Assembly: GCA_016839555.1 (NCBI GenBank)
Contig: JAEOUA010000011.1
Span: forward strand, 192,001-256,000
Origin: Promethearchaeota archaeon
Lineage (GTDB): Archaea > Asgardarchaeota > Lokiarchaeia > Sigyniarchaeales > SOKP01
Length of the DNA stretch: 64,000 nucleotides
Direction of reading: 5' to 3'
Shown: piece by piece, positions 47,252 to 57,726 of the stretch
Numbering within the stretch: position 1 is the stretch's first letter
Layout: each line of letters opens with the position of its first letter
Program-made: the position numbers and the translations under genes
The notes under the pieces: model-generated
The model's input: the letters and a program-made list of their open reading frames with translations, nothing else
Database searches by the model: none
Told to the model about the DNA's origin: nothing

Positions 47252-48064
47252 ATGGCGATTTTGAAATTAACGGAACGGAAAAAGGTACATCACGCTGCTG
47301 AACTCCTACTCAATTCTTCAAATGCAATCGCTTTAACGGGAGCAGGTATCTCGACTGAGTCTGGAATTCCAGATTTTCGAGGGGAAGGAGGAATTTGGAC
47401 CCGTTACAAGCCCGAGATATACGGAAACATCAAAAATTTCATTAGAGACCCCACAAAATTTTGGAAGTTGGCAGAGAAAGTGGCGCCCAAGCTTTTTTCT
47501 GCAGAACCAAATCCGGGACATTATGCTTTAGCAGAATTAGAGGATATGGATATTATTAAGGCCGTTATCACTCAAAATATTGATGAATTACATCAAAAGG
47601 CAGGATCGGTTATTGTCTATGAAGTCCATGGAAATATTAATCGCTTTACATGCTTTGGCTGTCGTGCGAGCTATACAAAAGACCAAGTTATGCGCAAATT
47701 AAAAAAAGAAAAACATTATCCTCCTCTATGTGACATGTGCTCCGCACCATTGAAACCGTCAGTAGTACTTTTCGGGGAATCATTGCCAACCTTTGAAATT
47801 TACCAGTCTCAAGCATTAGCCGAAAAGACAGATGTTATGCTTATTGCTGGCTCCTCCCTTAGCGTAGATCCAGTGGCAGATTTACCATTATATACTTTAA
47901 GTAATGGGGGTAAATTAATAATCGTAAATGATGCACCGACTCATTTAGATGAAAGAGCTGAAATAGTTATTAATCATAAAACAGGAAAAATATTACCCTT
48001 AATTGTTGAAGAAATAAAAAGATTACAAACCATACAGAACGAAGAACAGGATCCTTCCAATTGA
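47252..48064 (+). CDS. cobB: NAD-dependent protein deacylase (sirtuin)
   Basis: GAGISTESGIPDFRG, TQNIDELH, HG, two CxxC, KPSVVLFGE, GSSL. Confidence 0.95.
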   Translation: MAILKLTERKKVHHAAELLLNSSNAIALTGAGISTESGIPDFRGEGGIWTRYKPEIYGNIKNFIRDPTKFWKLAEKVAPKLFSAEPNPGHYALAELEDMDIIKAVITQNIDELHQKAGSVIVYEVHGNINRFTCFGCRASYTKDQVMRKLKKEKHYPPLCDMCSAPLKPSVVLFGESLPTFEIYQSQALAEKTDVMLIAGSSLSVDPVADLPLYTLSNGGKLIIVNDAPTHLDERAEIVINHKTGKILPLIVEEIKRLQTIQNEEQDPSN

Positions 48065-48175
48065 TCAATAAATATTCTATTTTTCATAAATATGAAATTT
48101 TTAGTTGGTTAATGTTTAAAAAGGTTTTTTAACTCCAGAGAAAAAATCACGCTTTTCTAATTAAAAACCCGTGAA

Positions 48176-49333
48176 TTAATAATCTCTAAAATCTCGAATT
48201 GTGTCGAACATTGCTACAATATTTTCTGGGGGAACCTCAGCTGTAATATTATGAATATTGGCTGCAACATATCCACCCCCTGGTTTAAAGCATTTCATAT
48301 TGTATTTTACTTCTTCTCTTATTTGTTTTGGTGTACCAAATGGCAATGTGTTTTGAGTGTTGCACGCGCCACCCCAAAAAGTGATAATATCTCCAAATCT
48401 GGACTTTAGGCTGCAGGGTTCCATATCGTAGGCCGAGATTTGAACGGGATTATAAATATCATATCCAATATCGGCAAAATGGGGAATAAATTGTGGTGTT
48501 GATCCGCAACAATGGTAATTTATTTTCACATCTGCGAGTTCATGAATTTTTTGTGATAATTTGTGTTCTATTGGCTTAATAATTTTTTCATATACTTTTA
48601 CATTCATAATCGGTCCTGCTTGTTCAGCTAAATCTCCATTTACGCATATAACATCTAAATATTCTCCAACTTCATCCAAAAAAGCGATATTATAATCAAT
48701 CCAATATTTCAATAACCCTTCCATTGCTGCAATTATTAACTCTGGTTTAGTTTTTAGGTTTCTCAGAGCTGTTGTGAAGCCAAAGAGGAAAGTTGTATAT
48801 TCATAAATACATCCAGTAGTAGACGTAGATAATGCATACTCTGTATTTTCGTGAATATTTTTGGCATATTGCCTTAATCCTTTAAAAATAGTTGTATCCT
48901 TTCCATCAGGCCAATTATAATTTTCTATTTCCTGAACAGTTTTTAAGTCTTTAAAAGGATGAATTACAGGATCGTAATAAAGGATATCATCAAGATCCTT
49001 ACTAGCGTCATTACCCCAAAAAACACCAAACTGATCGTAGACCCCAACATATTTACCTTCATATTTTGGCTGGAAATCTTCTTTTACTTCCCAGCCTATG
49101 GGGCGAACATATCTCACATCTACTTCGAATCTTTCTAATAATTCTTCGCAAGGAGCAGCAATATGTTGTACAAAATCGGAGAATGTGATATTTTTATCTT
49201 CAATATCTAAATAGTCCAGTAACCTTTTATAAGCTTTAATGTGAATACTAGACTGATTTCCGCCTAAATCAATAGGAACCTTATCGGGTTCTTCATGATT
49301 TAAGGCTTTATTTACTCGTTCTCGAGAATTCAT
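48176..49333 (-). CDS. URO-D / MtaA-CmuA methyltransferase family protein
   Basis: MNSRERV..ALNHEEPDKVP, YHCCG, NPVQ, FWGG, PGGGY, HNI. Confidence 0.88.
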   Translation of the reverse strand: MNSRERVNKALNHEEPDKVPIDLGGNQSSIHIKAYKRLLDYLDIEDKNITFSDFVQHIAAPCEELLERFEVDVRYVRPIGWEVKEDFQPKYEGKYVGVYDQFGVFWGNDASKDLDDILYYDPVIHPFKDLKTVQEIENYNWPDGKDTTIFKGLRQYAKNIHENTEYALSTSTTGCIYEYTTFLFGFTTALRNLKTKPELIIAAMEGLLKYWIDYNIAFLDEVGEYLDVICVNGDLAEQAGPIMNVKVYEKIIKPIEHKLSQKIHELADVKINYHCCGSTPQFIPHFADIGYDIYNPVQISAYDMEPCSLKSRFGDIITFWGGACNTQNTLPFGTPKQIREEVKYNMKCFKPGGGYVAANIHNITAEVPPENIVAMFDTIRDFRDY

Positions 49334-49549
49334 ATCGGAATTTTTTATTTTTGTTTTATTATTTTTTCAAATAATTTTGCAGATTATACTTTAAATAGTT
49401 ATTTGAAAAATTATATTTTTCTATTTTTTGATTTATTTCTTTATTATAAATAATGAATTAAAGTATTTTATAAACTTACTAATTATGATTTAGTTAGTGA
49501 GTGAAAAATTCATAATTATTTTTAAAAAGAGCTACTGGGATGATGATAT

Positions 49550-51142
49550 ATGGAAGCACAAGAAGAAATTAATGTTATTATAAAAGATTGGCGCACTATA
49601 GATATCTCATTTGGGCTTATTTATCCCAATATCTATTCGCTTGGGATGTCTTCTTATTCTATTAAGTTACTATATTCATTAATTAATGGATACAAAAATA
49701 TTGTCTGTGAACGTATCTTTTTACCCGAGAAATTGTATTATCCCGCCATAGAAGATTATAATCCTGAAAATGCCATTCGAAGCTTTGAAAACAGGATTCT
49801 TCCACAAAATTTTGATATTTTGGGCTTTTCAATTCATTTTGAAAATGATTTTCGAAATATTTTATGGTTATTGGATAAATCAAATATTCCATTATCATAT
49901 AAAGAGAGGCAAATGGAGAGAAAAGAAACTGGTTTGGAATTTCCTCTAATAGTGGGGGGAGGACCTGCGGTCACTTCAAATCCCCAACCCTTAAGTAAAA
50001 TATTCGATATCTTTTTTATTGGTGATGCAGAACCTATCTTGGAAGACTTTTTTCAAGTATATCTAAGATATAAGCTTAATAACCTCGAATTTAATCAATT
50101 TTTGAAAGATTCAGCTAAGATACCTGGACTTTATATTCCCTCTTTAAATAATAATGTAAATCGAGCTATCCTTGACAATTTAGATAAATCTAAAGTACCA
50201 ACTTATCAATTAATTCCAAATTTTAAAAAGAAAAAGGGAGCATTTGAGGAAAGTTTTTTTATAGAAATAAATAGAGGATGCCCATTTCAGTGTAGATTTT
50301 GTATATCATCCTATCATAATAGGCCATTTAGAAATCGAAGTCTTAATGATATATTAGAAACGATAAATATCGCCGTGGAGAGTTTCGAATTTGATAATAT
50401 TAGTTTAATTGGATCTTGTGTCTCTTCTCATCCACAATTTATTGATATTTGTAAACAGATTATTGCGAAACAAAAGAGATTATTAATCCCTTCCATAAGA
50501 ATTGATCAATTATCCCCTAAAATCATTAAAGTACTTGAAAAGGGTAAAATAAAAACATTAACCATTGCTCCCGAAACAGGATCAGAAAAATTAAGATTTG
50601 ATATAGGAAAAAAAATTACTGATGAATTAATTTATAACAAAATCGCCATGATTAGAGAATCGAAGATTCAAAATATTAAATTATATTTTTTAATTGGTTT
50701 GCCTTCAGAGACGGAGGAGGATATTGAAAGTATCATTTCTATGATAAAAGAAATTAATGAATTAAAATTCAATAAAAATGCCCTACGAATAAGCATAAAT
50801 CCAATGATACCCAAATTAAATACCCCTTTTGAGAAGGAAGTGGACTATTTTCTAGAGGAGAATCTCCCTATTTTACATGAGAGATTTCAGAGAATAAAGG
50901 ATAAACTAGCCCTTTTGAAATCAGTAAAGCTTAAAATAGGAGATCTATCCACACTAATTAAAACAGCACGACTTCAAACACTATTTTCCTTAGGAAATGA
51001 AGAAATTTCCGAAATTTTGATCGATTATTATCGTAATGGAGCTACTTTTGGTGCTTTAAGGAGAATTTTTAATCAGCGGCATTTTTCTATGGATGATTAT
51101 TTATTCCGTATAAAAAATGGGTATAGTCCTTGGATCTTTTGA
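49550..51142 (+). CDS. Radical SAM protein with N-terminal B12-binding-like domain
   Basis: YPNIYSLGMS, GGGPAVTSNP, EINRGCPFQCRFC, TIAPETG, LYFLIGLP. Confidence 0.9.
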   Translation: MEAQEEINVIIKDWRTIDISFGLIYPNIYSLGMSSYSIKLLYSLINGYKNIVCERIFLPEKLYYPAIEDYNPENAIRSFENRILPQNFDILGFSIHFENDFRNILWLLDKSNIPLSYKERQMERKETGLEFPLIVGGGPAVTSNPQPLSKIFDIFFIGDAEPILEDFFQVYLRYKLNNLEFNQFLKDSAKIPGLYIPSLNNNVNRAILDNLDKSKVPTYQLIPNFKKKKGAFEESFFIEINRGCPFQCRFCISSYHNRPFRNRSLNDILETINIAVESFEFDNISLIGSCVSSHPQFIDICKQIIAKQKRLLIPSIRIDQLSPKIIKVLEKGKIKTLTIAPETGSEKLRFDIGKKITDELIYNKIAMIRESKIQNIKLYFLIGLPSETEEDIESIISMIKEINELKFNKNALRISINPMIPKLNTPFEKEVDYFLEENLPILHERFQRIKDKLALLKSVKLKIGDLSTLIKTARLQTLFSLGNEEISEILIDYYRNGATFGALRRIFNQRHFSMDDYLFRIKNGYSPWIF

Positions 51143-51212
51143 GGTATAGTAAATAAGTAGTTGAAATAAATAGTTAAAATAGAAATCATAGTTCAAAAAT
51201 ATAGCTTAAAAC

Positions 51213-52016
51213 TCATTCTTCTTCAATATTATTTACCTTTTTAATAATCCTATCAAATAAATATTCTGCAATGCCAAACGGAGTAGTAATATTAAAAATT
51301 AATACTAGAAAATAATCCTCATTAATAAATTTAGAAAAAATAAGCTCTCGTTCTGTAGTATAAAATAATTTTAAAATTGCTTTATTTATAATCTTAACTC
51401 TAAAATCTATATTCTCCAAGATATAATTTAATTTTTCGTATGTAAGTGAACAATATACGATTCTTCCTTTATTATCAAACAAAATAAGACCTTCAACATC
51501 ATTTCTAAACAGAAATTTCTTTAATATCTCTTTAATTAACGCTTCTTTATTTTTTTCATAATTGCTTTTCTTCCTATTCTTATTTTCATTAAGAATTTTG
51601 TCAATATATCTATTTATAGATTCACTTCTGATACTACCTACATTTATATCTATATTATGTGTATTTATATATTTTCTGAGACGATTGTCAATAGAATCAA
51701 TATAATCTTCTAATATAATAGAATCAATATAATCGGATAAAAATCCGTAAAATAAATTATACCTCTGAATAATCACAATTTCAAGCGGATCCATATCGAT
51801 TTTTTTAATTCTTTTACCAACCATCTCCTTAGAAAAGGAAATTAAAGCACAACAAAATGCAGAGATTAATTGTTCATCTATTTCAATAACATTAGAATAG
51901 TTTCTGGCATAAAGACATACACCGCCTAAATTAGAAACAAAAAAATAGTGTATTAAAGGAGATTTATTATGCTTTTCTGTTGTTTTTTTGATCGATTGTT
52001 TATTTTCAATAGACAC
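51213..52016 (-). CDS. Longin plus roadblock/LAMTOR-like two-domain protein
   Basis: SNLGGVCLY...EQLISAFCCALISFSKEM (longin); DVEGLILFDNKGRIVYCSL...LVLIF...TPFG (roadblock). Confidence 0.68.
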   Translation of the reverse strand: MSIENKQSIKKTTEKHNKSPLIHYFFVSNLGGVCLYARNYSNVIEIDEQLISAFCCALISFSKEMVGKRIKKIDMDPLEIVIIQRYNLFYGFLSDYIDSIILEDYIDSIDNRLRKYINTHNIDINVGSIRSESINRYIDKILNENKNRKKSNYEKNKEALIKEILKKFLFRNDVEGLILFDNKGRIVYCSLTYEKLNYILENIDFRVKIINKAILKLFYTTERELIFSKFINEDYFLVLIFNITTPFGIAEYLFDRIIKKVNNIEEE

Positions 52017-52097
52017 GAAATCTTTTATATTAATAAATAAAAAAACTACAAGTTTTTTATGGGAAAAATAAGAAGTGAAAAAATGAGCTTTTTAATT

Positions 52098-53939
52098 TTA
52101 ATGATCTTTAGATTTCTTTGAAATTCTCTGTCGTTCTATCTGTTTCATTTTTTCAATTTTTTTGGCATCTCCAAAGATCACAGCATCTAAGAATAAATAG
52201 GTAAGGATATAAGCAAAAGGATAAAGTAAAATCCAAAACAAAATTCCCAGAATCTTTGTTTTTAAGAGTTTTCTTTTTGCATTTAAAATGTGAGGAATTC
52301 TCTTACAGATTAATTTTTGCTCATTTTTTTCACTCACTATTCCTTTCCTATTATATCCTTGTTGGAATTCATTTTGCCGCAGAAAAGAGCGAAAATCTCT
52401 ATAAATCCAAATAAACCAACCAGCTAGATAATCCTTTGCATTAAATGTGCGGATCGAATAATCAAGCACATGAAGCTGTCGTTCTTCACTAAATTTAAGT
52501 TGTTTATTCCAATCAGCATGAAATCCATATTTCGCACCTGCTCCAAATTCCGTATAAATCCAAGGTTTATTAAAAGTGGGAGTTCTCATAACATCTAACA
52601 TAAAACTTATTAATCTTGCAGAGCCCACATACCACCCAAAATAGAAATTAATTGTGGCAACATCAGCGTATCTTCTTGTTAAATCTGTAAATAATTTCAT
52701 TGATACATAAGTCACTATTCTTGTATCATCATGCATTCTTGTACATTCCATCAATCTTCTCATAAATTTAGCTACCTCTGGACGTTCAATGGGGATTTCG
52801 TTGCCTACACTCCACCAGATAACAGAGGGATGGTTTATATCTCTTTTTATTAAATTTCTAATCATTCGTGCAGCAGATTTGAAGGTTTCATTACTTTTAA
52901 AATTGCAGACCCAATAAACAGGAATTTCCTCAAGTATCAAAATTCCTTCCTTATCAGCGATATGAAGTAAATCTTCATCATGAGAATAATGAGCGGATCT
53001 TAAGGCATTAAAGCCTAAAGACTTCATAGTCCTTATATCCTTTTGTCGCTCTTTATAGGGAATAGTCCTTCCATATGGCATTAATTCTTCATGTAAGCTG
53101 ACACCTTTCATTAGCAATCTTCTTTTATTTAAAAGAATGGTAGTGCCTTTAATTTCAATTTCCCTAATCCCAAATGCAGTTTCATAAAGCAATTCTTTTT
53201 TATCTTTCTCAAAAATTCTTAAAATATATAAGTAAGGATGATCGGGGGACCAGAGCTGTGGATTTTTAAAAGTAAGGGTAATTCCGCTTTTTCCAGTAAT
53301 TTTTGAAATTGAACCCCCAAAAAGAGGGGCCGATTGTCCAGAGTCTAATATTTCCCATTTCAAGGAAAGTTCTCCGAGTATTATAAATGAAATCTCGATT
53401 TTACTACATAATCTTGATTCCAGATGAGTTTTTATAACCACATCTTTTATACGATTCTTATTTAGAATCAAAAATTCAACATCTCGATAAATCCCACCCC
53501 AATTAAACCAATCGAAGCTTATTGCCGGAATTCTGTTCTTTTTTCTTATATTATCTGTGCGGACTGCTAAAAAATTGTTATTTGGTTTGAGAGCATTTTT
53601 TAAGTTAAAATGAAATGGTGTGAATCCTCCCTCATGTTCTCCTAGATACTTTCCATTTAACCAGACTTTTGTTTTATAATTGCTGCCCTTAAATTTAATT
53701 CTATAATCAAAACTTTGATTAATAATTAATTGATCTAAAGAAAATTGATAAAAGTGCCAGAATATTCCTTCATAAACTTCAAACCCTTTTAAAGTATTGA
53801 AACTCATTGGAATTTGTATTTCCAATAATTTTAAGTTATCTTTATTAAAATTACTGGGAAGATACCACTTTTGATAAATTCCCTCATCATTATAATCAGG
53901 TTTACATTTCCAATTTCCATTGAGTGAAATTTTTTTCAT
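52098..53939 (-). CDS. GH2 glycoside hydrolase, beta-glucuronidase-like, with C-terminal TM segment
   Basis: GVSLHEE, RSAHY, RDINHPSVIWWSVGNE, YTEFGA, NRKG. Confidence 0.9.
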   Translation of the reverse strand: MKKISLNGNWKCKPDYNDEGIYQKWYLPSNFNKDNLKLLEIQIPMSFNTLKGFEVYEGIFWHFYQFSLDQLIINQSFDYRIKFKGSNYKTKVWLNGKYLGEHEGGFTPFHFNLKNALKPNNNFLAVRTDNIRKKNRIPAISFDWFNWGGIYRDVEFLILNKNRIKDVVIKTHLESRLCSKIEISFIILGELSLKWEILDSGQSAPLFGGSISKITGKSGITLTFKNPQLWSPDHPYLYILRIFEKDKKELLYETAFGIREIEIKGTTILLNKRRLLMKGVSLHEELMPYGRTIPYKERQKDIRTMKSLGFNALRSAHYSHDEDLLHIADKEGILILEEIPVYWVCNFKSNETFKSAARMIRNLIKRDINHPSVIWWSVGNEIPIERPEVAKFMRRLMECTRMHDDTRIVTYVSMKLFTDLTRRYADVATINFYFGWYVGSARLISFMLDVMRTPTFNKPWIYTEFGAGAKYGFHADWNKQLKFSEERQLHVLDYSIRTFNAKDYLAGWFIWIYRDFRSFLRQNEFQQGYNRKGIVSEKNEQKLICKRIPHILNAKRKLLKTKILGILFWILLYPFAYILTYLFLDAVIFGDAKKIEKMKQIERQRISKKSKDH

Positions 53940-54318
53940 TCATATATCAACTTTTTATACAATTATTAAATTGAATTTATTCTTTTTTTTACTTTATTTT
54001 TATTATTTTTCCATCTAATATTCTAATAGTAATTTTGTTATTAGGGAGCTTGAAAAGGTTAAAAAATATGGTCTTTTTGTATAATGCGATAAGGAAAGGA
54101 AAGCTTATCATATTTTTATTCTTTAAGATCTAAAATATAATTCTTAGCCTCTTAGAGACTGAGAGATTTGTTTTTTAAAAAATGCTATTTATGACCCTCT
54201 TAATAACATTCTATCACATTTTTTTAAGCTAGATTTAAATAGAATGGAGATAGAATTAATAATAATAATAAATTAAAAAATTTCAATTTTTAATAAATTA
54301 ATAGGAGGAATAAAAAAT

Positions 54319-54501
54319 ATGGCAGAAATATTATTTGTAAAAAGCAAAATTCGAGATTATATTAAAGTCAAAAAATGCAATACTGGTGGAGATGTAGTAG
54401 ATGGGGCTGTTCTAAATAATAGAATAATTGAGATTCTTGATAGAGCTATTGAACGAGCTAAGGCAAATGGACGAAAAACTGTTCAAGAAAAAGATCTCTA
54501 A
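54319..54501 (+). CDS. Short non-canonical histone-fold protein
   Basis: 60 aa; FVKSKIRDYIK...ILDRAIERAKANGRKTVQEKDL containing RxTxxxxD; AGGAGG SD upstream. Confidence 0.85.
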   Translation: MAEILFVKSKIRDYIKVKKCNTGGDVVDGAVLNNRIIEILDRAIERAKANGRKTVQEKDL

Positions 54502-54630
54502 ATTATTGAATTAATAAGAAGAACTACTTAACAAAATTGGGTTTTTTTTTAATTCTCTTTATTTTTATATTTAATTACACGAGAGATTAAATATCTTAAG
54601 TATTTAAAAAGGAAAATAAGATTATCATAA

Positions 54631-55845
54631 TTAATTAATTGTTATCGGATATTGACCGAAATCTTCTACAGCGTGATTATAAGCTTCAAAATTCTCCAAT
54701 TTACACCATTGTGTCACTGAATGTGAAGAAGATATAATATGCCCTCCATCTCTCGATACATTTTCTAATAAATATTTAACATAATCATAATTATCCTTAG
54801 CGGTACCATGTGTTAATAAGGGGATTGGAACATTTCCAACTAATGTGATTTCATTACCATACTTACGTTTAATTTCTACAATATCGTTCCCCGCAGCTTT
54901 CTCGATAGGATGGAGCGCATCAAGACCTGTATCGATAATATCTTGAAAAAGTTCCATTACATAACCACATGAGTGCATCATTACATAGCCATCAAGCTGG
55001 TGAACTTTCTGACAAAATTTTTTAATCCCTGGCTTAAAAAATTCACGAAACATTTTAGGAGAAATTATACTGCGCCCCTTATATCCCAGATCACAAGTCA
55101 TATAGATGAATTTTCCCCCTCTTTCAAGGATTTTTTCAGCTACAATAATAGAATAGTCATTCAATTCTTTCACTATCTTTTTTATAAAAGCTTTATTTTT
55201 CACTAACAATTTAAATAGAGTTTCAAATCCAAATATTCCACACAATTCTTCGAAAAATGCACAGCCAAAAACGGAAAATATGGGAACAATATCTAATTCC
55301 ATACATTTTTTTACCGCATCTTCAACTAATAAGAAATTACCTGGATGTTCTCCGTCAAATTCTATATATTTATCCCAATCTTCTGGAGTTCTGAAAAAAC
55401 CATGGCGAGTATGAGCTCCATCTTGACTTACTTTCCATATTAATCTCCCATTTGGTCCACGAAGAATATTTCCATCTTGTTCACTATAAAAATCTTGAAA
55501 AAATTCATCTTTTAAAACAATAGGTAGGCCGGGGACATATAAAAACATGTCATAATTATAATCCCTGTGAATCTTACTCATACTCTCAACATCTGGAATT
55601 GCACTCCTAAACACATTCCTGCCCTTCTTCGCATATTTTTTAAATGCTGTAAATAATTCAGGATTTTTATGAAGAAGATCAATTTGTTTTGGACTAAAAA
55701 GAAAAACAGTAGAGGGTTCAATCTGTCCTCTAATGATAGGATTCAACTGTGGAATTTCTATTGAGCCCTCATACTTTGGCACCCTGTCTGGAATTTGTTT
55801 TTTAAAGGCGGCTTCAATTCTGCTATGAGAATTCCAAATAGTCAT
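54631..55845 (-). CDS. URO-D / MtaA-CmuA methyltransferase family protein
   Basis: PDRVP, CDLGYK, MHSCG, LHPIE, LVGNV, GGHIISSSHS. Confidence 0.86.
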   Translation of the reverse strand: MTIWNSHSRIEAAFKKQIPDRVPKYEGSIEIPQLNPIIRGQIEPSTVFLFSPKQIDLLHKNPELFTAFKKYAKKGRNVFRSAIPDVESMSKIHRDYNYDMFLYVPGLPIVLKDEFFQDFYSEQDGNILRGPNGRLIWKVSQDGAHTRHGFFRTPEDWDKYIEFDGEHPGNFLLVEDAVKKCMELDIVPIFSVFGCAFFEELCGIFGFETLFKLLVKNKAFIKKIVKELNDYSIIVAEKILERGGKFIYMTCDLGYKGRSIISPKMFREFFKPGIKKFCQKVHQLDGYVMMHSCGYVMELFQDIIDTGLDALHPIEKAAGNDIVEIKRKYGNEITLVGNVPIPLLTHGTAKDNYDYVKYLLENVSRDGGHIISSSHSVTQWCKLENFEAYNHAVEDFGQYPITIN

Positions 55846-55979
55846 TATCTAACTCATTAATTCAAAATAATATAAATAAATAATTAAAGAAATAAATAAT
55901 ATCAAAAAAATCATTTAATTATTAATTAAGAATTTTAAGTTATTCAAAATTAAATGTTTCTATAATATTAAATCTTTTT

Positions 55980-56789
55980 TCATTTTTCCAAGAATTCTAT
56001 TAATCGAGAAAGCACTTTATCAGTTTCGTGAGCAAACAGCGCATGAGCAGTATTTTCAAACATCGCTAATTCTGAATTTGGAATTAATTCATGGAGAACC
56101 TCAGCATTTTTAGAAGGCATAAGCACGTCCTTTTTTCCTTGCATAATTAACGTTGGGATAGTTAAATTTTTCAACTTTCTACATGTGTTATGTTTAAATA
56201 AAGCCTTTCCTTGCAGTTCATAAACCTGATCCGAGATTGGATATTTATTCATATTTTCTTTTGCTTCCTCGATTTGATTAGCATAACTTTTAATAAAATC
56301 CTCTGTATAGAGAAGAAGAATTGTTTCCTCAGTTATCTCATTTCTGGAACGTCCCTCTCTCGGTTTTAAAAGAATTTTCTGGACTTCGGGGCCTGGTGGA
56401 ATAAACTTTGTGCCCCCACAAGATGTGGAACATAAGACAAGTTTTATTACCTTTTCAGGAAAATTAAGAGCCACTTCTTGGGCTATCATTCCTCCCATGG
56501 AAACTCCCAGAATATAAGCTTTTTGTATATTTACTTTATCCATTAGATTTACCACATCTTCAGCTAAATCCTTCATCGTAAATTCCTCAGCAACAACATC
56601 AGATCTACCAGTTCCTCTATTATCTAAAATCATAACTTTAAATGTATTACTTAGTTGATTAATTAAGTCTTCGCCCCACCATTCGGAATTCGCCCCTAAC
56701 CCAATTATCATTACTAGAGGGATTCCTTCTCCACTTATTTCATAATATATTTCAAATCCATTAATTTTTACTTTAGGCATTTTTTTCAA
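55980..56789 (-). CDS. Alpha/beta hydrolase
   Basis: DNRGTGRS, GVSMGG nucleophile elbow, GKKD, AH. Confidence 0.92.
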   Translation of the reverse strand: MKKMPKVKINGFEIYYEISGEGIPLVMIIGLGANSEWWGEDLINQLSNTFKVMILDNRGTGRSDVVAEEFTMKDLAEDVVNLMDKVNIQKAYILGVSMGGMIAQEVALNFPEKVIKLVLCSTSCGGTKFIPPGPEVQKILLKPREGRSRNEITEETILLLYTEDFIKSYANQIEEAKENMNKYPISDQVYELQGKALFKHNTCRKLKNLTIPTLIMQGKKDVLMPSKNAEVLHELIPNSELAMFENTAHALFAHETDKVLSRLIEFLEK

Positions 56790-57040
56790 ATCCTTTTGAG
56801 AATTTAATTTGATTTAAATTAAAACATATGATTTCATGAAAAATACAAATTTTTACGATATAAAAAAACCTTTTTTACATATAAATGATACTAAAATTGT
56901 CTTAATTTATATTGAATTTCTCAATTTTTCTTAAGTGTGAAAATTTGTTGATATTACCTCAAAAAATTAGAAAATCAAAAACCACTTACTTTTTATATGC
57001 TAATATAAATATTCTTTATACAGCACACAATCTTATATGA

Positions 57041-57132
57041 AGGAAAGTAGTCCCCCTTAAATAAACGTTCAAATACAAATCGCCTGAAGCATATCTTTTT
57101 CTTACCTTAGAACGTTTATTTAACTACTCTCT
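57041..57132. repeat. Long intergenic inverted repeat
   Basis: TTAAATAAACGTTC (57057-57070) and GAACGTTTATTTAA (57110-57123) form a perfect 14-bp pair, extended by AGTAG/CTACT. Confidence 0.7.
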
Positions 57133-57172
57133 CTTTTTTTTTAAGGTTTATCTGTTTAAAATTAGATAGTAG

Positions 57173-57685
57173 CTATTTCAACTTTTTGCTGTCAATTTCT
57201 TTATCAATAATAAAAAGTCCTATGGAATGGACGCTTTTTAACCGTTCTAGAGTCTTTTTTAATTCCTTAACCCTCTCATAAGGGCCATTTACTGCAATAA
57301 TTTCTACGCATTTATCGTATTGAATATGAATGTGCATCGTAGAAATAATAATATTTAAGTAGTGATGTTCTATATCGGTTTTCAAAAGTTCATCTGATTT
57401 TATAACACTTGCATAACTGGGCCTACTGCTAAAATCATGTTCATGCTTGTGGGAGTCATCATGTTGGTGGGTGTCTTCAAAATGTTCGTGGCTATAAATC
57501 ATAGAAATACAGCCCACTACATCTCCAGGTGTTTTGGGAATGTTTTCTTGCATAGAAATATATCTATGCATAGCTTTTCGGACGGCATCAGAGCGAGAGA
57601 TATCTAATTTTTTCCTAAATGCTTCAAATTCTTCATATAGATTCTTGGGAAGCGAAATAGTAAATCTTTTGTATTCTTCACTCAT
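57173..57685 (-). CDS. nikR: Nickel-responsive regulator NikR with His-rich insertion
   Basis: RHH domain RFTISLP...SRSDAVRKAM; metal site EHHY...MHIH...C.E; insert HEHFEDTHQHDDSHKHEHD. Confidence 0.9.
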   Translation of the reverse strand: MSEEYKRFTISLPKNLYEEFEAFRKKLDISRSDAVRKAMHRYISMQENIPKTPGDVVGCISMIYSHEHFEDTHQHDDSHKHEHDFSSRPSYASVIKSDELLKTDIEHHYLNIIISTMHIHIQYDKCVEIIAVNGPYERVKELKKTLERLKSVHSIGLFIIDKEIDSKKLK

Positions 57686-57726
57686 ACTTTTTTTAAATTG
57701 CTTATATTAAATAAGGATTTTATAAT

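Noticed and set aside
54088-54165. Two small hairpins upstream of the histone gene (GATAAG/CTTATC; TCTTAG..CTC/GAG..CTGAGA)
   Set aside because: Stems of 6-9 bp are expected by chance in AT-rich DNA, and there is no other support.
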